Shown: piece by piece, positions 1-5,278 of the stretch
Layout: each line of letters starts with the position of its first letter
Numbering within the stretch: the stretch's first letter is position 1
Assembly (NCBI RefSeq): GCF_006345805.1
Contig: NW_021829572.1
Span: 1-5,997, forward strand
From: Octopus sinensis
Lineage: Eukaryota
Direction: 5' to 3'
DNA: 5,997 nt
Notes under the pieces: generated by a model
Database searches by the model: none
What the model was told of the DNA's origin: nothing
The model's input: only the letters and a program-made list of their open reading frames with translations
Program-made: the position numbers and the translations under genes

Positions 1-16
1 TTGTTGTTGTTGTTGT
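1..16. repeat. (TTG)n microsatellite, possibly truncated by the window edge
   Basis: Five perfect TTG units; mirrored by (AAC)n at 1477-1491. Confidence 0.9.
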
Positions 17-20
17 ATGA

Positions 21-143
21 AATTGAGGTTTTTTATTGGGAGTGTTCCACAAATACTCCTTGCTTTCCACGGAACCTGCTGGTTCTGACATGCCTTTGAC
101 GTGAACCTCAGGGCAATCCTTCCTACGGAATGCATTATAAATA
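21..143 (-). mobile_element. Decayed RLE-type non-LTR retrotransposon ORF fragment, part downstream of the MITE insertion
   Basis: The minus strand reads IYNAFRRKDCPEVHVKGMSEPAGSVESKEYLWNTP, then frameshifts. The inverted copy at 1352-1474 reads ICNAIRRKDCPEVHVKGMSEPAGPVENKEYLWNTPIKTSI*. As I recall it, this matches the linker between the CCHC knuckle and the PD-(D/E)xK endonuclease of R2/R4/NeSL-type elements (RH-x-V...EYxWNxPIKT...NKPD). Not confirmed by search. Confidence 0.65.
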
Positions 144-893
144 CCGTAAATCCTCGAGTATAATCTGCATTTTTTCCCCAAGATTTAAAGGTCAAAGTCC
201 CTAGTGCGTACTATACACGAGGTTAAAAATGAAAAATATTTTCTAAGCAATGTCCGAGTCTCTATTTGCTCTCTGGCAATGTTTATTCAGACGCATTTTG
301 TGATGCTGGGTGCGAAAATACCTTAAGCTAAGCCTGAAAGCAATGAAGTCATAAAAGAATCATCCATAACTTGCAGTAAGCAACATTTATTAACGTTATT
401 ACTGTTATTTCTTGATTTTTTGCAAACAAAATGCACAAAAGCTACACGTTTGCATTATGTTATATTACAGTAATATAAGGAGTTTCCGTATACAGTTTAC
501 AAACCAGGACGTTATAATCGACCTCCTTCACTCAAGTTAGAGAAGGGGTGCGTATTATACACAAGGTTTAGGTTTTTCAGGGGTACAGCCTCATACCTTG
601 CAGTAAGCAACATTTATTAAAATAAAAGTATTCAGAACAAAGAATAACATGTAACAAAAACAATTTGCAAACATATTTACATTCCCATATAACTGTTAAG
701 AACATCACCATTATTGTATTACGCATGCGCGGAAGTGTTTGTTCGACTAGGTGCTGCCTGCTTAATTACGCACGATTCAAGTTAGAAAAGGGGTGCGTAT
801 TATACACAAGGTTTAGGTTTTTCAGAGGTACAACTCCCTAAAAAATCTTCTGCGTATTATACTCAAGGGCGCACTATACTCGAGGATTTACAG
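144..893. mobile_element. Non-autonomous Tc1/mariner-superfamily MITE (pogo/Tc2-like ends), 750 bp
   Basis: 19-bp TIRs CCGTAAATCCTCGAGTATA (144-162) and TATACTCGAGGATTTACAG (875-893), 18/19 complementary. TA on both sides (142-143, 894-895). A subterminal TGCGTA(T/C)TATAC motif recurs at 205-216, 549-560, 794-805 and 851-862. No transposase ORF. Removing the element and one TA restores an open reading frame in the flanks. Confidence 0.9.
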
Positions 894-895
894 TA

Positions 896-939
896 GTCTT
901 TGTAACTACTTCATGCCTCAGGAGCAAGCTGTATCTCGT
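896..939 (-). mobile_element. Decayed RLE-type non-LTR retrotransposon ORF fragment, part upstream of the MITE insertion
   Basis: The minus strand reads TRYSLLLRHEVVTK(T) and joins in frame to 143->21 across the empty TA site. The RH-x-V motif typically follows the CCHC knuckle in RLE elements. Confidence 0.65.
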
Positions 940-1003
940 ATTAAAATAAATTTTGACCTACCACCTCCTTGGTAGCAAGGTTGTAAAGGAAAAGTATGTT
1001 GTT

Positions 1004-1163
1004 TTAACCATCATCTTTTTTTAATCTGAAGAAGGATTTGCAGGGTGTTGTAGTCCCAGATATCGTGATCCTTTGTAACATATGAATTAAGGATTTAATA
1101 TCCTCTCTCCAAGATCCCAACTTCAGCCATATTTTGCTCCAGACGGGTCGGTATATATCCCGT
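1004..1163 (-). mobile_element. Decayed C-terminus of an RLE-type non-LTR retrotransposon ORF
   Basis: The minus strand reads TGYIPTRLEQNMAEVGI, then after one frameshift REDIKSLIHMLQRITISGTTTPCKSFFRLKKDDG* (stop at 1006-1004). This resembles the GxxGxxPxxL...LG...LQ..T..GT..I.K C-terminal tail of R4/NeSL-like proteins, from memory. Confidence 0.55.
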
Positions 1164-1258
1164 TGGGTGAATATGAATAAGTATGAATAACGCGGCGTGG
1201 AGGCAGAATCGTTAGCACGCCGGGCGAAATGCTTAGCGGTATTTCGTCTGCCGTTACG

Positions 1259-1491
1259 TTTTCATTTTTAACCTCGTGTATAGTACGCACTAGGGATTTT
1301 GACCTTAAAATTTTGGGGGAAAAATGAGGATTATACTCGAGGATTTACTGTATTTGTAATGCTATCCGTAGGAAGGATTGCCCTGAGGTTCACGTCAAAG
1401 GCATGTCAGAACCAGCAGGTCCCGTGGAAAACAAGGAGTACTTGTGGAACACCCCTATAAAAACCTCAATTTGAGGCAACAACAACAACAA
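1259..1491 (-). repeat. Inverted copy of positions 1-235 (MITE left end + TA + retroelement fragment + (AAC)n)
   Basis: Manual alignment of revcomp(1259-1491) to 1-235 gives 17 substitutions and 2 one-base gaps, about 92% identity. The spacer between arms is about 1.02 kb. Confidence 0.95.
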
Positions 1492-2407
1492 GAGTTCAAA
1501 TTCCGCCGAGGTCGACTTTGCCTTTCATCCTTTCGGGAGTCGATTAAATAAGTACCATTACGCAATGGGTCGTATAATCGACTTAATCCGTTTGTCTGCC
1601 TTGTTTGTCCCCATCTTTGTTTAGCCCCTTGTGGGTAGTAAAGAAATAGGTATTTCGTCTGCCGTTCGTTCTGAGTTCAAATTCCGCCGAGGTCGACTAT
1701 GACTTCATCCTTTCGGGGTCGATTAAATTAAGTATCAGTTTACGCACTGGGGTCGATATATCGACTTAATACCTATGTCTGTCCTTGTTTGTCCTCTCTG
1801 TGTTTAGCCCCTTGTGGGTAGTAAAAAATAGGTATTTTGTCTGCCGCTACGTTCTGAGTTCAAATTCCGCCGAGGTCGACTTTGCCTTTCATCCTTTCGG
1901 GGTCGATAAATTAAGTACCAGTTACACACTGGTCTCGAAATAATCGACTTAATCCGTTTGTCTGTCCTTGTTTGTCCCCTCTGTGTTTAGCCCCTTGTGG
2001 GTAGTAAAGAAATAGGTATTTCGTCTGCCGTTACGTTCTGAGTTCAAATTCCACCGAGGTCGACTTTGCCTTTCATCCTTTCGGGGTCGATTAAATAAGT
2101 ACCAGTTACGCACTGGGGTCGATGTAATCGACTTAATCCGTCTGTCTGTCCTTGTTTGTCCTCTCTGTGTTTAGCCCCTTGTGGGTAATAAAGAAATAGG
2201 CATTTCGTCTGCCGTTACGTTCTGAGTTCAAATTCCGCCGAGGTCGACTTTGCCTTTCATCCTTTCGGGGGTCGATTAAATAAGTACCAGTTACGTACTG
2301 GGGTCGATATAATCGACTTAATCCCTTTGTCTGTCCTTGTTTGTCCCCTTTGTGTTTAGCCCCTTGTGGGTAGTAAAGAAATAGGTATTTCGTCTGCCGT
2401 TACGTTC
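1492..2407 (+). repeat. Tandem array of five ~184-bp SINE-derived units
   Basis: Unit starts (GGTATTTCGTC...) at 1238 (interrupted), 1649, 1831, 2015, 2199 and 2384 (24-bp partial). Lengths of the complete units are 182, 184, 184 and 185 bp. Confidence 0.95.
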
Positions 2408-2600
2408 CTAATGTTTCTTCTCTCATTTACTTTTTCTGTTTCTCTCCCACCTTCTCAGTCTGTCTGTGTGTCTCTTTCAGTCTGTCTGCCTCTCTCTGTC
2501 TTTTTCTGTCTCCCTCTCTCCCTCTCTCTCTCACTGTGTCTTTGTCTGTCTCTTTCAGTCTATCTGTCCGTCTCTCTCATTCGATACCCTGACCCCCAAC
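2408..2600. repeat. CT-rich low-complexity tract ((CT)n/(TCTG)n degenerate)
   Basis: Strongly pyrimidine-biased plus strand with repeated TCTCTTTCAGTCT and CTGTCT motifs. Confidence 0.85.
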
Positions 2601-2649
2601 GTTTGTTTTGTCCCCTTTTTTTCTCAACCTTATGGTGAATAAAGAAATA

Positions 2650-2695
2650 CTCTCTCTATATATATATATCTCTCTATATATATATCTCTCTCTCG
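2650..2695. repeat. Compound (CT)n/(AT)n microsatellite
   Basis: CTCTCTC-TATATATATATA-TCTCTC-TATATATATA-TCTCTCTCTC. Confidence 0.85.
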
Positions 2696-3120
2696 TAACC
2701 GACTCACCTAACAAACACCACCACAAATCAACCCCCTTACAGACAGACCACCACCGCCCCTAAAACCACACCCCTTTCCCTCGACTTCTATAAATGATTA
2801 ATTAATTAAACCGAACAGGTGAATAATTAAGCAACCAAACGCTATCATGAATACCTAATCTATCGAATAAACTATCGGTGTTGTGTCATGTCTCGCTTCG
2901 TTCCTTTCGTCTCGCACCCCATGACGAGTGCTCCCACCACCGCTCAACCCACCCCACCCAACCACCACCACCAACAACAGCAACTGCAACACCGAAGCCC
3001 TTATTTCAACAACGATCCTGAACCCCGCACCCCCCTACTGTCTCCCGGGCAAGGTTTCTCATACAAAGGGGTCTAAATAGATACGGTTTTAATGTGGTTA
3101 TTATATCTGTATCATCACCC

Positions 3121-3475
3121 CATCATCATCATCACTCATCATCATCATCACATCATCATCATCACTCATCATCATCATCACTCATCATCATCACTCATCA
3201 TCATCATCACTCATCATCATCATCACTCATCATCATCACTCATCATCATCATCACTCATCATCATCACTCATCATCATCATCACTCATCATCATCATCAC
3301 TCATCATCATCACTCATCATCATCATCACTCATCATCATCACTCATCATCATCATCACTCATCATCATCACTCATCATCATCATCACTCATCATCATCAC
3401 TCATCATCATCATCACTCATCATCATCACTCATCATCATCATCACTCATCATCATCACTCATCATCATCATCACT
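3121..3475. repeat. (CAT)n-derived minisatellite built from 16-bp (CAT)4CACT and 13-bp (CAT)3CACT units
   Basis: Parsed into 24 units: 14 of 16 bp, 9 of 13 bp and one of 14 bp, totalling 355 bp. Degenerate CAT-like flanks at about 3110-3120 and 3476-3516. Confidence 0.95.
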
Positions 3476-3520
3476 ATCACCACGATCATGATCAGGGTCA
3501 TCAGCATCAGCATCATTTGC

Positions 3521-3542
3521 ATATATATATATATATATATAT
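3521..3542. repeat. (AT)11 microsatellite
   Basis: Perfect dinucleotide run immediately 5' of the family-2 SINE. Confidence 0.9.
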
Positions 3543-3546
3543 ACAT

Positions 3547-4266
3547 AGGTGTAGGAGTGGCTGTGTGGTAAGTAGCTTGCTTACCAACCACATGGTTCCG
3601 GGTTCAGTCCCACTGCGTGGCACCTTGGGCAAGTGTCTTCTGCTATACCCTCGGGTCGACCAAAGCCTTGTGAGTGGATTTGGTAGACGGAAACTGAAAG
3701 AAGCCTGTCGTATATATATGTATTAGGCGCAGGAGTGGCTGTGTGGTAAGTAGCTTGCTTACCAACCACATGGTTCCGGGTTCAGTCCCACCGCGTGGCA
3801 CCTTGGGCAAGTGTCTTCTACTATAGCCTCAGGCCGACCAAAGCCTTGTGAGTGTATCTGGTAAACGGAAACTGAAAGAAGCCCGTCGTATATATGTATG
3901 TATATATATATATGTGTGTGTGTGTATGTGTGTGTTCAGTCCCACTGCATGGCACCTTGGGCAAGTGTCATCTATTATAACCTCGGGCCGATCAAAGCCT
4001 TGTGAGTGGATTTGGTAGATGGAAATTGAAAGAAGCCCGTCATATATATGTATATGTGTGTGTGTGTGTGTCTGTGTTTGTCCCTCCACCATCGCTTGAC
4101 AACCGATATTGGTGTGTTCACGTGCCCGTAACATAGCGGTTCGGCAAAAGACACCGATAGAATAAGTACTAGGCTTACAAACAATAAGTCCTGGGGTCGA
4201 TTTACTCGACTAAAGGCAGTACTCCAGCATGGTCGCAGTCAAATGACTGAAACATATTAAAAGAAT
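3547..4266 (+). mobile_element. tRNA-derived SINE, family 2 (CORE-like centre), with a triplicated 5' module
   Basis: A-box-like TGGCTGTGTGG (3558-3568) and B-box-like GGTTCAGTCCC (3601-3611), followed by CACCTTGGGCAAGTG, which resembles the CORE-SINE GACCTTGGGCAAGTC motif. 5' modules lie at 3547-3724, 3725-3933 and 3934-4070 (the last starts at the B box). One 3' body at 4071-4266 is homologous to 5586-5758. Confidence 0.9.
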
Positions 4267-4338
4267 TAAAAATATTATTTTTTGAATGTGGAATGTGTAT
4301 ACATATATATATAAATATATATTGATGTACCAGTAATA

Positions 4339-4483
4339 TAAAGGGTCAGCCTTGTCACACTCTATGTCATGCTGAATATCCTTGAGATCTATGTTAAGGG
4401 TTCTCGGGTCAACGGAGTACTCAGCCATTTGCACGTTCATTTCACGAACTGGCTCTTCCGTTGAGCAGATCACTTGGGACTCT
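4339..4483. mobile_element. Probable diverged fragment of another dispersed octopus repeat
   Basis: Complex sequence between microsatellites (AAGGGTCAGCCTTGTCACACTC...CACGTTCATTTCACG...TTCCGTTGA) that I recall as a high-copy Octopus interspersed repeat. It is single-copy in this window, so this is unverified. Confidence 0.45.
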
Positions 4484-4490
4484 TTGTAAA

Positions 4491-5122
4491 TGTGTGTGTA
4501 TGTGTGCCTTCTGTTCGTATGTGTGCGTGTCGGATAGATAGATATATATGTACCTATGTACGTTTGTGTGTGTATCTGCGTGTGTGTGTGTGTGTGTGCA
4601 TGAGCATTCTGTGTGCACCTGGTTTTCTGTGTATGTATGTGTAATTCTGTCCGACGGTGAGTGTATGTGTGTGTTTGTGCATCTGTCCATGTGGCACTGT
4701 GTGTGTGTGTGTGTATGTCTGTGTGTGTGTGTTTCAATATGTTTCGAAATATGTGTATATCTGCTCGTGTGTAAGTGTGTATGCAAGTGTGTGGATATAT
4801 CTCTCTGTGTAAAAGTGTGTGTGTATATGTGTGTCTGTCCGTCCATCCTCCGCCGGTGTGTGTGTGTGTGTGTGTATCTGTCCATCCTTCCATGCGTGTG
4901 TCTGTCTGTCACTATGTGCATCTATATATGTGTATGTCTGCTTGTGCGTGAGTATGTGTATGTACATGTGTGTGTATGTATATATATATGCGTGTGTGTC
5001 CGTGTCCGTCTGTCTTTGTATGAGAATCTGTGTATCTGTCTGTATGTCCGCCTGATTGTCTGTCTGTCCGTATGTCTGTCTGCCTGTCCGTCTGTCTGCC
5101 TGTCCGTCTGTCTGTCCGTGTG
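4491..5122. repeat. Long degenerate (TG)n/(TA)n tract grading into (TCTG)n
   Basis: About 630 bp dominated by TG/TA dinucleotides; TCTG/GTCT tetramers from about 5030. Confidence 0.9.
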
Positions 5123-5278
5123 TCTTAAGGGACTCATAAAACGGCGAAGTAAACGAGCCGTCATCACACTTATCCAATCTGCCAATGAGGAGCTCTTTAG
5201 TTTTCGGGGATCCATTAGGTATTTATTAATTGCCGCCATTGCTGACGTCGTTAATCATTTGATTGTTCGAGGTCTGTG

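Larger units (their letters stand above)
1191..2407 (+). mobile_element. tRNA-derived SINE, family 1 (octopus-type): one head (1191-1260), interrupted, followed by tandem 3' units
   Basis: A-box-like AGGCAGAATCG at 1201-1211 and B-box-like GAGTTCAAATTCC at 1492-1504 and in each unit. The head ends at ...CCGTTACGTT (1260) and the sequence resumes at GAGTTCAAA (1492), exactly as in the intact units (CCGTTACGTT-CT-GAGTTCAAA). Confidence 0.85.

Noticed and set aside
236-364. Transposase remnant inside the MITE
   Set aside because: The minus-strand frames I translated are short and show no HTH or DDE/D-like motif that I recognise.
460-478. 19-bp quasi-palindrome TTATATTAC-A-GTAATATAA inside the MITE
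   Set aside because: Short, AT-rich and isolated; no evidence of function.
1191-1260. tRNA genes at the SINE heads (also 3547-3615, 3725-3790, 5381-5440)
   Set aside because: A/B boxes are present but there is no complete cloverleaf, and each continues into a SINE body.
1492-2407. Hammerhead-ribozyme retrozyme interpretation of the 184-bp tandem units
   Set aside because: The unit size fits and the minus strand has GACGAAAT-ACCT-ATTTC, but there is no CUGANGA core on either strand. I also could not build an HDV-like fold by eye.
1492-2407. CRISPR-like array
   Set aside because: Units are contiguous with no unique spacers, the context is eukaryotic and there are no cas genes.
2366-2638. 90-aa hydrophobic ORF
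   Set aside because: Starts at a GTG inside a SINE unit and continues through CT-rich low-complexity DNA.
2792-2801. 10-mer AAATGATTAA shared in inverse orientation with 5251-5260
   Set aside because: An AT-rich 10-mer match between regions of this size is expected by chance.
3167-3330. L/S unit order matches the first 11 letters of the Fibonacci word
   Set aside because: The match breaks at the 12th unit and follows from simple block duplications with no SS pair.
3092-3726. 159-aa and 210-aa His/Ser/Ile-rich ORFs
   Set aside because: Translations of a stop-free (CAT)n minisatellite running into (AT)n and a SINE; no coding signature.
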